A stretch of DNA of 64,000 bases from Rhodospirillaceae bacterium. Its GTDB lineage: Bacteria; Pseudomonadota; Alphaproteobacteria; Rhodospirillales; Casp-alpha2. Shown piece by piece: positions 18,346 through 27,981 of the stretch. The notes beneath the pieces are model-generated. The model was not told the DNA's origin. It searched no databases and saw only the letters and a program-made list of their open reading frames with translations. Location: positions 3,336 to 67,335 of the forward strand of contig NZAZ01000108.1 of NCBI GenBank assembly GCA_002686255.1, written 5' to 3'. The position numbers and the translations under genes were made by a program. The first letter of the stretch is position 1. Every line of letters begins with the position of its first letter.

Positions 18346-21327
18346 TTATTCAATGTCCAGCGCCTTCTCGAGCACCCGGGCCACATGCACCGCCTCGCGT
18401 CCGGCGCCGTCTCTGATTTGGTGCCGGCAACTGGTGCCGCCGGCGACGATCAGGGTATCGGAAGGCGCGCCTCGGACGGCGGGAAGAAGGCCGTTCTCCG
18501 CCATGGTCATGGAGATATCGTAGTTGCCGGCGTCGTAACCAAAGGCCCCGGCCATGCCGCAACACCCGGAATCGATGATTTCGATCTCAAGGTCCGGGAC
18601 CAGCCGCAAGGCCGTCTTTACCTCGTCCATGACGGCGAAAGCCTTCTGGTGGCAGTGGCCATGGACGATGGCGCGGCCGCTGTTTAGGGGCCGGAGGTTC
18701 AGCTTTAGATTGCCCGCCTTTTGCTCGCGGCTCAGGAACTCCTCGAACGTCAGCGCGGCCCCCGCCAGCGCGTCGGTTTCCGCGTCCGGCAGCATGGCCT
18801 TGAATTCGTCGCTGAGGGTGAACAGGCACGACGGCTCCAGCCCGACCACCGGCACGCCCCGCTCGACGAAGGGTTTGAGCGCCCCCAGCATCCGCCGGGC
18901 TTCAATTTTGGCCTCGTCGATCAGGCCGGCGGCCAGGAACGTGCGCCCGCAGCAAAGCGGCCGGCCACCGTCGGCGGCGCGGGGCAAGTGGACCCTAAAG
19001 CCGGCGGCCTGCAGGACCCTCAAGGCGGCGCGGGCGCTTTCGGGCTCGAAATAGGTATTGAAGGTATCGGCCCACAGCACCACTTCGGGGCCGTTCCCTG
19101 TTTCCACCTTGGCTTCGGTCGCTTTGAAAGGGTCCCGCCGCCAGGGCGGCAATTTCCGTTTGGCGCTGAACCCGAAAAGAACCTCGCTCAGCCCCGCCAT
19201 TCCGGGAACCTTATCCCGGAGGTTGAGAATGGGTCCCAGCCTGGACGCCCACGGGGCATAGCGCGGCAAATACGCCACCAGGCAGTCGAACAACCGAAGC
19301 CCGTGGCGTTTGTTGTAGTGATGCAGGAATTCCATCTTCATCTTCGTTATGTCGACGCCGGTCGGGCATTCCCGCTTGCAGGCCTTGCAGCCGACGCAAA
19401 GCTTCATGGTGTCGAAAAGCGCATCGGAAGCGAAAGCATCGGCGCCGAGTTGCCCGGACAACGCCAACCGCAAGGTGTTGGCGCGGCCCCGGGTCAGGTG
19501 TTTCTCGTCGCCGGTGGCGCGGAAGGACGGGCACATCACGCCGGCATCGAATTTCCTACACGCCCCGTTGTTGTTGCACATTTCCACGGCGCCGCCGAAG
19601 CCGCCCCAATCGGACCAGTCGAAAGCCGTTTCCATCGGCGGCACCTGATAACCGGGCTTGTAGCGGAACAGCGACCGGTCATCCATTTTCGACGGGCGCA
19701 CGATCTTTCCCGGATTGAGCAGCCCCTCCGGGTCGAAGGAATCTTTTATTTCCTCGAAAGTCTGTGTCATGCGGTTGCCGAACATGGATTGGTGGAATTC
19801 GGACCTGACAAGGCCGTCGCCGTGCTCGCCGGAGTGCGATCCCTTGTATTCGCGCACCATGGCGAAGGCCTCTTCGGCGATGTCGCGCATTTTCTTGACG
19901 TCGATCTCGGACTTGAGGTTGAGAACCGGCCGCACGTGCAGGCAGCCGACCGAGGCATGGGCATACCAGGTGCCGATGGTGCCGTGCTTGTGGAAGATGT
20001 CGGTCAGGCGGCTTGTGTATTCGGCCAGGTCCTCGAGCCGGACGGCGCAGTCTTCGATGAAGGAGATCGGCTTTCCGTCGCCTTTCATGGACATCATGAT
20101 GTTAAGGCCGGCCTTGCGGACCTCCCAGACGGCTTTTTGAGAATCCGCATCGACGGCTTCGAGGACGGCGCCCGGGAAGCCCAGGTCCCCCATCAGTTCG
20201 CCCAGCCGTTTCAGGCTCCGAAGCTGAACATCGCGGTCTTGGCCGGCGAATTCGACCAGCAACAGGGCCTCGGGCTGGCCCCTGACGAACCTTTCCACGG
20301 CCGGGCGGAACAACGGGATGTCGCGGGCAAGATCGATCATGGTGCGGTCCACCAACTCCACCGCCGCCGGGTCCAACTCGACGATGTGGCGGCTCGAATC
20401 CATGGCGTCGAAGAAAGTGGGGAAATGGCAAACGCCCAGAACCTTGTGGGCGGGGAGGGGCTGCAGGTCGATCTGAATGCGGGTCGAAAAGGCGAGCGTC
20501 CCTTCCGAGCCAACCAGAAGGTGCGCCAGGTTGGGGTGGGTCTGGGGACGGCCGACGGTCGCCTTCGCCCAGTCGCCGCGCCCTGGCCCGCCCGGCATCA
20601 GCGCATCGATGTTGTAGCCGCCGACGCGGCGCATCAGGTCGGGGAACCGTTCCTTGATCTCTTCCGTCTCCCGGCGGCCGAGGTCCAGGAGGCCAGCGGT
20701 CAGGGTCTGCTGGCGCGGCGTCGGCCCCGCTCCCGCCACGTTGTCGGAAAGCTCCCCGAAATGCATGGTTTCGCCGTCCATCAACACCGCCTCGATGGCG
20801 CGTACGTTGTCCCGCATCGGGCCGTAACGGATGGACCGCGCCCCGCAACTGTTGTTGCCGGTCATGCCGCCGAGGGTGGCGCGGCTGGAGGTGGAGACAT
20901 CGACCGGGAACCAAAGCCCGTGAGGTTTGAGAAAAGCGTTCAGTTGATCGAGCACCAGGCCCGGTTCGACCCAGGCGGTGCGGCCCTCCGGGTCGAAATC
21001 GAGGATGCGGTTCAGGTGTTTGGAAACGTCGACGACGACGGCCTCGCCGACCGTTTGTCCGCATTGCGACGTGCCGCCGCCCCGGGGCAGGACCGGCACC
21101 CCTTCGTTGGCGGCGATTTCGATGACGCAGGGAATGTCATCGGCGGTCTTCGGGACGACGACGCCGATCGGCTCTATCTGGTAGTGGGAGGCATCGGTCG
21201 AATAACGGCCGCGGCTGAACGGGTCGAACAGAACCTCGCCCTCGATCTCCCGTGCCAGCCGCCCGGCCAGGGCGCTGTCGCCGACGGGGGTGTTTGTCCC
21301 TGCTGGACCTCTGGAGTGGGTGGCCAT
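18346..21327 (-). CDS. FAD-binding (GlcD-like) plus Fe-S/CCG (GlcF-like) fusion oxidoreductase, probable D-2-hydroxyacid dehydrogenase
   Basis: 993 aa. FAD-PCMH N-domain (PRGGGTSQCGQ), two ferredoxin-type Cys clusters (CNNNGACRKFDAGVMCP, CVGCKACKRECP) and C-terminal CCG-type Cys repeats. Confidence 0.85.
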   Translation of the reverse strand: MATHSRGPAGTNTPVGDSALAGRLAREIEGEVLFDPFSRGRYSTDASHYQIEPIGVVVPKTADDIPCVIEIAANEGVPVLPRGGGTSQCGQTVGEAVVVDVSKHLNRILDFDPEGRTAWVEPGLVLDQLNAFLKPHGLWFPVDVSTSSRATLGGMTGNNSCGARSIRYGPMRDNVRAIEAVLMDGETMHFGELSDNVAGAGPTPRQQTLTAGLLDLGRRETEEIKERFPDLMRRVGGYNIDALMPGGPGRGDWAKATVGRPQTHPNLAHLLVGSEGTLAFSTRIQIDLQPLPAHKVLGVCHFPTFFDAMDSSRHIVELDPAAVELVDRTMIDLARDIPLFRPAVERFVRGQPEALLLVEFAGQDRDVQLRSLKRLGELMGDLGFPGAVLEAVDADSQKAVWEVRKAGLNIMMSMKGDGKPISFIEDCAVRLEDLAEYTSRLTDIFHKHGTIGTWYAHASVGCLHVRPVLNLKSEIDVKKMRDIAEEAFAMVREYKGSHSGEHGDGLVRSEFHQSMFGNRMTQTFEEIKDSFDPEGLLNPGKIVRPSKMDDRSLFRYKPGYQVPPMETAFDWSDWGGFGGAVEMCNNNGACRKFDAGVMCPSFRATGDEKHLTRGRANTLRLALSGQLGADAFASDALFDTMKLCVGCKACKRECPTGVDITKMKMEFLHHYNKRHGLRLFDCLVAYLPRYAPWASRLGPILNLRDKVPGMAGLSEVLFGFSAKRKLPPWRRDPFKATEAKVETGNGPEVVLWADTFNTYFEPESARAALRVLQAAGFRVHLPRAADGGRPLCCGRTFLAAGLIDEAKIEARRMLGALKPFVERGVPVVGLEPSCLFTLSDEFKAMLPDAETDALAGAALTFEEFLSREQKAGNLKLNLRPLNSGRAIVHGHCHQKAFAVMDEVKTALRLVPDLEIEIIDSGCCGMAGAFGYDAGNYDISMTMAENGLLPAVRGAPSDTLIVAGGTSCRHQIRDGAGREAVHVARVLEKALDIE

Positions 21328-21391
21328 AAACTATATAAAGCGGAGTTGAAGCTTTCCGTGGAATGTTGATTCCTGAGAAAACGATTATAAG

Positions 21392-21407
21392 TTTTTGCAT
21401 GCAAAAA
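21392..21407. promoter_or_regulatory. Perfect 16-bp palindrome TTTTTGCATGCAAAAA in an AT-rich divergent control region
   Basis: Read directly. Lies between the divergent genes 18346-21327 (-) and 21670-22881 (+). Confidence 0.4.
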
Positions 21408-21547
21408 ACAATAAATGATCTAAAAAATTCCTGGTCGTGGTTATTTATTTCAATTTAATCTTTATTAAACTTATAAATTTCAATAAGTTAGTTTAATATA
21501 ACCTTGGTCAACACTGTTTGGGGCCAAAGGTGTTGTTTTAAGAAAAA

Positions 21548-21556
21548 TTGCATGCA
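21548..21556. promoter_or_regulatory. Second TTGCATGCA core, a putative operator half of the same regulator
   Basis: Same TGCATGCA palindromic core about 150 bp from the first copy and about 115 bp upstream of ATG 21670. Confidence 0.3.
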
Positions 21557-21669
21557 TAATTTCGAGATGGTTGAAATCAAGGCCGAAAAGGCCTGATTTC
21601 GCCCATCCGCCCCGAGGTCCCCGAAGCCCCAGGGGAAGCCAAGGGGCAACCAGGGAGGAAGAAAAAGAG

Positions 21670-22881
21670 ATGTCTTATCGAAGCGGCCGCCATTTCCTGC
21701 AGATTCCGGGGCCGAGCAACGTCCCGGACCGCGTTCTCCGCGCCATCGACCGGGCGACCATGGACCACCGCGGGCCGGAATTCGGCGAATTCACCCTGAG
21801 TATCCTCGAGCGGCTGAAAACCGTCTTCAAGACCGAAGGCCCCGTCATTACATATCCCTCGTCCGGGACCGGGGCGTGGGAGGCGGCGCTGGTCAATACC
21901 TTGTCTCCCGGCGACAGGGTGCTGATGTTCGAAACCGGGCAATTCGCCACCCTGTGGCGGGAACTGGCCGGTCGCCTGGGGCTTGACGTGGACATGGTCG
22001 AAGGCGACTGGCGTCACGGGGTTTCGGCTGGGGAAGTCGAATCCAGGCTGTCCGAAGACAAGGACCACGCCATCAAGGCCGTCTCAGTCGTCCACAATGA
22101 AACCTCGACCGGCGTGGTTTCCAACGTCGCCGCCGTCAGGGCCGCCATGGACGCCGCCAGCCATCCGGCGCTGCTGTTCGTCGATACCATTTCGTCCCTG
22201 GCCTCGGTCGATTACCGCCACGACGAATGGGGCGTCGACGTGACCATCGGCTGTTCCCAGAAAGGCCTGATGCTGCCGCCGGGGCTCGGCTTCAACGCCG
22301 TCAGCGAGAAGGCGCTTACCGCCGGCGAAAAGGCCGGTCTGCCCCGGTCGTATTGGGATTGGCAGGGCATGCTGTCTAACAACGCCAACGGCTTTTTCCC
22401 CTATACGCCGTCGACCAACCTGCTTTACGGGCTCGACGAGGCGTTGAACATGCTGCTGGAGGAAGGCCTGGATAACGTCTTCGCCCGTCACAACCGGATG
22501 GCCGAAGCCACCCGCCGCGCCGTCCGCGCCTGGGGCCTGGAAATCCTTTGCCTGGACGCGGAAGAATATTCGCCGGTCCTGACCGCCGTCCTGATGCCCG
22601 ACGGCCATGACGCCGACGCCCTTCGCGCCGTGATCCTTGACCGCTTCGACATGTCCTTGGGCACCGGCCTCGGCAAGGTCAAGGGCAAGGTCTTCCGCAT
22701 CGGCCACCTGGGCGATTTCAACGACCTGATGCTGGCCGGGACCCTGGCCGGGGTCGAAATGGGCTTAGGGCTCGCCGGCGTTCCCCATGCCAAGGGCGGC
22801 GTCAACGCGGCGCTGGAATACCTGGCAGACCCGGACGCCGCCGAAGGTGCGGGCTCCCAACCGGCAAGGGCGTCGGCGTAA
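21670..22881 (+). CDS. Class V aminotransferase (serine/alanine--glyoxylate aminotransferase-like)
   Basis: Start moved to ATG 21670 (GGGAGGAAGAAAAAGAG upstream). MSYRSGRHFLQIPGPSNVPDRVL is typical of the family. PLP-Lys region GCSQKGLMLPPG. Confidence 0.85.
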   Translation: MSYRSGRHFLQIPGPSNVPDRVLRAIDRATMDHRGPEFGEFTLSILERLKTVFKTEGPVITYPSSGTGAWEAALVNTLSPGDRVLMFETGQFATLWRELAGRLGLDVDMVEGDWRHGVSAGEVESRLSEDKDHAIKAVSVVHNETSTGVVSNVAAVRAAMDAASHPALLFVDTISSLASVDYRHDEWGVDVTIGCSQKGLMLPPGLGFNAVSEKALTAGEKAGLPRSYWDWQGMLSNNANGFFPYTPSTNLLYGLDEALNMLLEEGLDNVFARHNRMAEATRRAVRAWGLEILCLDAEEYSPVLTAVLMPDGHDADALRAVILDRFDMSLGTGLGKVKGKVFRIGHLGDFNDLMLAGTLAGVEMGLGLAGVPHAKGGVNAALEYLADPDAAEGAGSQPARASA

Positions 22882-22912
22882 GCGCCCGCGGCCGCAGCCG
22901 AAAGACGATTCC

Positions 22913-23692
22913 ATGACCGACACCATCCTGATTGAACGCGCTGACGATATCGCGACGGTGATCCTCAACCGTCCGGAAAAGCTCAATGCCTTTACCAAGG
23001 ACATGTGGAAGCTGTTGGGTGAAACCCTCGGCGGCCTTTCGTCGGATAACGAGATCCGCTGTATGGTGCTGCGCGGCGCCGGCGACAGGGCTTTCAGCCC
23101 CGGCAACGACATTTCAGAATTTGCCGAGGAACGGTCCAACGCGGAACAGGCGGAAGCCTACGGGGAGTTGATGCACAAAAGCATCAGCATCCTTCGCGAC
23201 TGCGCGACGCCGACGGTGGCCATGATCAAGGGGGTCTGCGTCGGCGGCGGTCTGGAGGTTGCTGGTCTTTGCGATATCCGCATCTGCGGTGAAACGAGCC
23301 GCTTCGGGGCGCCGATCAGCAAGCTCGGGCTGGTGATGGCGTATCCTGAAATAAGCTGCCTGCGTGATCTTGTCGGACCCCAGGGGGCCTTGGAAATCCT
23401 CCTTGAGGGGCGGATCATGGACGCCCCTGAGGCGCTGCAAAAAGGCATCGTCAGCCGCATCGTCGCCGATGAAGAGGTCGAGGCCGAGGCCATGGCGACG
23501 GCCCGGCGCATTACCGACGGCGCGCCCCTGGTCCACCGCTGGCACCGGAAGTTCCTGGACCGGCTGGCCGATCCGACGCCGCTCAGCGATGCCGAGAAAA
23601 AGGAATGCTTCGCCTGCTTCGATACCGAAGACTTCCGGACCGGCTATCAGGCGTTCCTGGACAAGAAAAAACCTGAATTCAAGGGCCGCTGA
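22913..23692 (+). CDS. Enoyl-CoA hydratase/isomerase (crotonase) family protein
   Basis: Start moved to ATG 22913 (MTDTILIERADDIATVILNRPEKLNAF). Oxyanion-hole region GAGDRAFSPGNDI. Confidence 0.85.
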   Translation: MTDTILIERADDIATVILNRPEKLNAFTKDMWKLLGETLGGLSSDNEIRCMVLRGAGDRAFSPGNDISEFAEERSNAEQAEAYGELMHKSISILRDCATPTVAMIKGVCVGGGLEVAGLCDIRICGETSRFGAPISKLGLVMAYPEISCLRDLVGPQGALEILLEGRIMDAPEALQKGIVSRIVADEEVEAEAMATARRITDGAPLVHRWHRKFLDRLADPTPLSDAEKKECFACFDTEDFRTGYQAFLDKKKPEFKGR

Positions 23693-23693
23693 G

Positions 23694-24905
23694 ATGGCGG
23701 GAAGCGACGGGCCTCTTTCCGGCGTCAAGGTCATCGAACTGGCGCACATCATGGCCGGGCCGACCTGCGGCCTGATGCTGGCCGACATGGGCGCCGACGT
23801 GATCAAGGTGGAAAAGGTTCCCGGCGGCGACGATTCCAGGCGCTTCCTGCCCCCCGACATCGGCGGCGAGGCGGCGGCCTTTATGATGATGAACCGCAAC
23901 AAACGCGGCATTGCCGTCAACTTGAAGGACGACGCCGGCAAGGAAGTGTTGAAACGGCTTCTGAAGACCGCAGACGCGGTGATCGAAAATTACCGGATCG
24001 ACACCATGGACAAGTTGGGATTGGGGTATGACGTGCTTCGCCAGGAAAACCCGGGGCTTATTTATTGCGCCATTTCCGGTTTCGGGCGTACCGGCCCCTA
24101 TGCGGAACGGGGCGGTTTCGACCTGATTGCCCAGGGCATGAGCGGCCTGATGAGCATTACCGGCGAAGGCGGCGACCGGCCCCCGGTCAAGATGGGGGCG
24201 CCGGTCACCGACATCACGGCGGGGATCCTGGGCGCCATGGCCGTGGCGGCGGCTTATGTCCATAAGCTCAAGACCGGCGAGGGACAGAAGATCGACACCT
24301 CTTTATTCGAGGCCGGAATCGTCCATACCTACTGGCAATCGGCGATCGGTCTTGCCACCGGCGTCGCGCCGGGGCCGATGGGATCGGCGCACCCGTTGAA
24401 CGCGCCCTATCAGGCTTTCCAGACCGAAGACGGCTGGATCACCCTCGGCGCCGCCAATCAGAAGAACTGGCTGCGGATGCTGGAGGTGATCGAGGCGCCG
24501 GAGTTGGCCGAAGACGACCGGTTCAAGAAAAACACCGGCCGCATGGCCCACCTTCGGGAACTGGAGGATTTGCTGACGCCGATCTTCCTCAAACACACGA
24601 CCGAGGACTGGCTTGCCCGCCTTGAAGCCGCGGGCGTTCCGGCGGGGCCGGTGCTCAACGTCAACGAAATGCACCAAGACCCCCACACCCTTGCCCGCGA
24701 CATGGTGGTCGATCTTCCCCATAAAAAGCTGGGAACGGTCAAATCGATCGGCCTGCCGGTGAAATTTTCCAAGACCCCGGGCCGTGTCGCCACCGGGGCG
24801 CCGGTCTATGGGCATCACACCCGCGAGGTGCTGGCGGAATACGGCTACGATGATAAGGAAATCGACGGCCTGATCGCCAAGGGCGCGGTGGCGGCGGCCG
24901 ATTGA
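23694..24905 (+). CDS. Family III (CaiB/BaiF) CoA-transferase
   Basis: Start moved to ATG 23694, 1 nt after the upstream stop. GVKVIELAHIMAGPTCGLMLADMGADVIKVE N-terminus and GFDLIAQGMSGLMS motif. Confidence 0.85.
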   Translation: MAGSDGPLSGVKVIELAHIMAGPTCGLMLADMGADVIKVEKVPGGDDSRRFLPPDIGGEAAAFMMMNRNKRGIAVNLKDDAGKEVLKRLLKTADAVIENYRIDTMDKLGLGYDVLRQENPGLIYCAISGFGRTGPYAERGGFDLIAQGMSGLMSITGEGGDRPPVKMGAPVTDITAGILGAMAVAAAYVHKLKTGEGQKIDTSLFEAGIVHTYWQSAIGLATGVAPGPMGSAHPLNAPYQAFQTEDGWITLGAANQKNWLRMLEVIEAPELAEDDRFKKNTGRMAHLRELEDLLTPIFLKHTTEDWLARLEAAGVPAGPVLNVNEMHQDPHTLARDMVVDLPHKKLGTVKSIGLPVKFSKTPGRVATGAPVYGHHTREVLAEYGYDDKEIDGLIAKGAVAAAD

Positions 24906-24936
24906 CAGCGCCGGGGCTTTCCCAAGACCGTCAGGC

Positions 24937-25659
24937 CTATGCGGCCTTCAATGCCCTTTGCACGCCCTTGATCTGTTTTTCCACGGAAATGTCCTGGATC
25001 GATGTGATTTCCAGGCCCCGGTCCTCGTAGACGTTTTCGTCCGGGTGCCCGGCTTTCCAATCGCTGACGGTCTTATCGCGGGCCTTCAGCAACGTTTCGA
25101 TGTCGGGACGGAAAAGCTGCAGCATCGCCGTGACCCATATATTCACCGGCAGCGATTGAAGGGCTAGATCCATGTCGAAGCGGTCCAGCATCGAAACCAC
25201 CGATTTTGCCTTGTACCAGGTCTCGCCGGTGACCCAGCGGTTGGTGGTGAACAGCCGGATCGGAAACCCCGCCCGGTCCATGGCGATACCGACGAAATGG
25301 GTCAGCTCGTCATTGTCGCCCTCGGGCTTCTCGTAATCGGCGACCTTTGCCGGCTTGACGCTTTTCGGCATGCCCTTGGGCCGGAGGAAGGTATGGAAAT
25401 GCCCGTGTTCGGGGCCGTATTTCTCCGCCCGGCCCTCGGTGGGGTGGGCGTGATAGTAATACTGGGCATGGGTTTCGTGATCGTAAACGTCGCCCGGCGG
25501 ATAATGGTCCCATTCGAAAAATTCGCCGTGGCCTTTCAACACTTCTCCGACCACGTTGGCGTCGTTTTTTCCGAGCAGGCGGTAGCATTCCAGAATCCTG
25601 TCGCCAGCCAGAGCCATCTTGCGGAGCCGGGATTTCGGCAGTTTTTTAAAATCGGTCAT
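24937..25659 (-). CDS. Conserved hypothetical protein, His-rich (HETHAQYYYHAHP...HGHFHTF)
   Basis: 240-aa ORF with protein-like composition. No family assigned from memory. Confidence 0.6.
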   Translation of the reverse strand: MTDFKKLPKSRLRKMALAGDRILECYRLLGKNDANVVGEVLKGHGEFFEWDHYPPGDVYDHETHAQYYYHAHPTEGRAEKYGPEHGHFHTFLRPKGMPKSVKPAKVADYEKPEGDNDELTHFVGIAMDRAGFPIRLFTTNRWVTGETWYKAKSVVSMLDRFDMDLALQSLPVNIWVTAMLQLFRPDIETLLKARDKTVSDWKAGHPDENVYEDRGLEITSIQDISVEKQIKGVQRALKAA

Positions 25660-25740
25660 GGACTGTCACGCCATTTCTCTCAAACCGGACGTTGCCGACA
25701 AACCCGACGCCGGTTGCATTTTATATTTTATGGCGCCTTA

Positions 25741-25778
25741 AAGAAAACGCCGCGATGAGGCAAAAGCCACTCGCGGCG
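25741..25778 (-). terminator. Rho-independent terminator after the small CNPC-repeat gene
   Basis: CGCCGCGA (25748-25755) pairs with TCGCGGCG (25771-25778). A T-run (TTTTCTT) follows on the minus strand. Confidence 0.6.
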
Positions 25779-25810
25779 TAGCGATTTATAAATGGCGAAC
25801 TATGCGGTTG

Positions 25811-26083
25811 TTATTTCTTTTTGCCCGCGCAGGGATTGCAAGGATTGCAGCCATTCTTCTTGGCGGCGCAAGGATTGCAAGGATTGTAGCCCTTTTTCGC
25901 GGCGCAAGGATTACACGGATTGCAGCCCTTCTTGGCGGCGCAAGGATTGCACGGCTTGCATTGCGCGAGTTCGATGATGTCCTGGGAGGTCACTGATTTG
26001 GCAACCGCATCCGGCAGAACGCTAAACGAACCGGCGCCGGCCAAAGCGGCCACGCCAATCGCGGTAACTGTCTTTTTCAACAT
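25811..26083 (-). CDS. Small secreted CNPCNPC-repeat protein
   Basis: 90 aa. Sec signal MLKKTVTAIGVAALAGAGSFSVLPDAVA. Then [54 protein letters not shown]. Confidence 0.75.
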   Translation of the reverse strand: MLKKTVTAIGVAALAGAGSFSVLPDAVAKSVTSQDIIELAQCKPCNPCAAKKGCNPCNPCAAKKGYNPCNPCAAKKNGCNPCNPCAGKKK

Positions 26084-26251
26084 TTTTTGCTTCTCCTGTT
26101 CAGAGTTATCTGATCGACGCCGGTATCCGGGTTCCCCCCAATACCTGCTTAAGCAGTCGGTCTTTCATAGCTCGATTGGCCTGCCGTGGGCCAATAACGC
26201 CCTATCAAAATTACGTGAACCTAATATTCAATATAATATTAGAAATACGAA

Positions 26252-26277
26252 ACGGCGGCAGGAAACCTGCCGCCGTT
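26252..26277 (-). terminator. Rho-independent terminator after the CNPC-P460 gene
   Basis: Perfect 11-bp stem ACGGCGGCAGG / CCTGCCGCCGT with a 4-nt loop. TTCGTATTTCT follows on the minus strand. Confidence 0.6.
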
Positions 26278-26305
26278 CGCGGCCGTCTGCTTTGAAGTCA
26301 TTGGA

Positions 26306-27226
26306 TCAAAACTTTTTCCGGTAATCCTCCGGCACCAAAAAGATATGGTCCTGTTCGGGAGCCACGCCGGCATGGCATTCGGCGCAGAACTTCATGTTCA
26401 TGCCTTTGCCTTTGGTCATGCCGGCGACCTTGCCGTTGGGCATGACCATGGAATACCGCCAATCCCCGGATTCTTTGTTGAAGCCCTTTTTCATCTTTTC
26501 CATGATGAACAGGGGACCGATACCTAGCTTGCCGTACGGGCGGACGGCGAAGCTGTCCTTGGCCAAGACCGAGCCGAAAGGCAGGGTCCCCGCCTTTTCG
26601 AACTTCTTGTAGCGGTAATTGCCGTGGCTGTTGGCGTAGTTGTTGACGTACCGGCCGCCATGGGTGGCCGACTGATAGGCGGTGGCGTTGACCCTGAGCC
26701 ATCCCGTATAGCCGCTGACCTGCCGGAGGCCGGCCTTGCGATAGGCTTTCTTCATCTCAGACTTCAGGCATATGTAGGCGGCTTCGGCTTCGGCGGCGGA
26801 AATTTCGACGGCCGGACCGGCGGCGCACGGATTACAGGGATTGCAGCTCTTGGCGGCGCAAGGATTGCATGGGTTGCAGGGGCTCTTGGCGGCGCAGGGA
26901 TTGCATGGATTGCAGGGGCTCTTGGCCCCGGCTGCCTGCAGCCGCGGTATTACGCACTTCTTGGAGAACGCGCCCCCCCCGGCTCCACAGGGATTACAGG
27001 GATTGCAGGCTCTTTTTGCCGCGCACGGGTTGCACGGCTTGCATTGGGCAAGCTGAATGAGCCGGGGCTTCGGTTTGGCCACCGGCAAAAGGGTTGGTTG
27101 CTCCGTCCCGGTGTTTGCGGCGTGCGCCGGCGACGCCGGCGACAAGGCGCCTCCGACTACGATTCCGGCCCCGATGAAAGCCGGAATAACCGTGGTCGAC
27201 AGAAGCGTTATTTTGAATGACCTCAC
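26306..27226 (-). CDS. Secreted protein: five CNPCNPC-type repeats fused to a cytochrome P460-family domain
   Basis: 306 aa. Signal peptide ending ASPAHA. Repeats CKPCNPC and 4x CNPCNPC. C-terminal ~170 aa has P460-like features (YANSHG, FPxGS-like [16 protein letters not shown]) and a single heme motif CAECH. Confidence 0.75.
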   Translation of the reverse strand: MRSFKITLLSTTVIPAFIGAGIVVGGALSPASPAHAANTGTEQPTLLPVAKPKPRLIQLAQCKPCNPCAAKRACNPCNPCGAGGGAFSKKCVIPRLQAAGAKSPCNPCNPCAAKSPCNPCNPCAAKSCNPCNPCAAGPAVEISAAEAEAAYICLKSEMKKAYRKAGLRQVSGYTGWLRVNATAYQSATHGGRYVNNYANSHGNYRYKKFEKAGTLPFGSVLAKDSFAVRPYGKLGIGPLFIMEKMKKGFNKESGDWRYSMVMPNGKVAGMTKGKGMNMKFCAECHAGVAPEQDHIFLVPEDYRKKF

Positions 27227-27543
27227 GAATGGTCTCCTGTTCTCAAACGTTTGATAATTGGGTTTCGGGTTATGTTTATTAGGACGCGCTTATCCTGTCA
27301 GAACGCCCCTGAAGCCTCGAATCAAACGTAATCACAGGGTTGTGATGATGAGGCGCGAAGGGTCAGCGCGGGTATACTTCCCGGCTGGTCCGGTGGGATT
27401 GAGGGCAGAAGGCCAGCCATTTTACATCACCGATAAGTGATATACGGTGAATGGTCGCCGGTGGATTTTTCGTGTTACCTATCAGTCTGTTATGAAAAAA
27501 ATTCGAACCGGTCATTTTTTTGACCGACTGAAAGTGAAGCAGG

Positions 27544-27978
27544 ATGAAAAAGATATTAAGCGTAGTGGCGGTTCTGGCTGTTGCCTTTTTCACCGTTCCG
27601 GGCGCCCATGCCGCGGCGACGGGAAAACGGGTCACGGTGACCGGAGAAATCGTCGACACTTGGTGCTACGTCACCGAGATCATGTACGGGCTTGGCACCG
27701 CGCATCATCAATGCGCCGTCTGGTGCGCCGTCGGCGGAATCCCGGTCAGCGTCCTGGGCGAGGACGGCAACGTCTATGTGGTGTTGAAGGTCGAAGGAGA
27801 CGGCACCAACGTCGCCAACCCCCGCATCATCAATATCCAAACCCACAAAGTGACCGTCGACGGCGACCTCTATGAACGTGACGGGGTCAAATACCTGATC
27901 GTCACCCAGGTCGCCGACGATAAGGGCATCGTCAACATGACCCATGAGGAATACGGCATTCAGCCGTTCGGGAAGTAA
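27544..27978 (+). CDS. Secreted hypothetical protein (Cys/His-containing)
   Basis: 144 aa. Signal MKKILSVVAVLAVAFFTVPGAHA. Conserved-looking TWCYV...HHQCAVWCAVGG. Confidence 0.65.
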   Translation: MKKILSVVAVLAVAFFTVPGAHAAATGKRVTVTGEIVDTWCYVTEIMYGLGTAHHQCAVWCAVGGIPVSVLGEDGNVYVVLKVEGDGTNVANPRIINIQTHKVTVDGDLYERDGVKYLIVTQVADDKGIVNMTHEEYGIQPFGK

Positions 27979-27981
27979 GCC

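Noticed and set aside
18721-21369. 882-aa plus-strand ORF. Similar long ORFs include 427-1656(-), 1092-2978(+), 3458-5551(+), 16289-17707(+), 28534-29799(-), 34682-35713(+) and 59951-61093(+).
   Set aside because: All lie antisense to, or out of frame over, genes with clear family motifs. Their translations are Arg/Gly/Pro/His/Ala-rich low-complexity strings typical of shadow ORFs in high-GC DNA. None has a recognisable domain or ribosome-binding site.
25792-27060. The tandem DNA repeats (GGATTGCA-type units) might be a CRISPR-like or non-coding array. Plus-strand ORFs also sit over them (25792-25977, 25802-25996, 26841-27056, 26869-27060).
   Set aside because: The repeats are short, contiguous and in frame with signal-peptide-bearing minus-strand ORFs. 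There are no uniform spacers. The plus-strand ORFs lack signal peptides and SD sequences and are mirror images of the Cys-Asn-Pro codon repeats.
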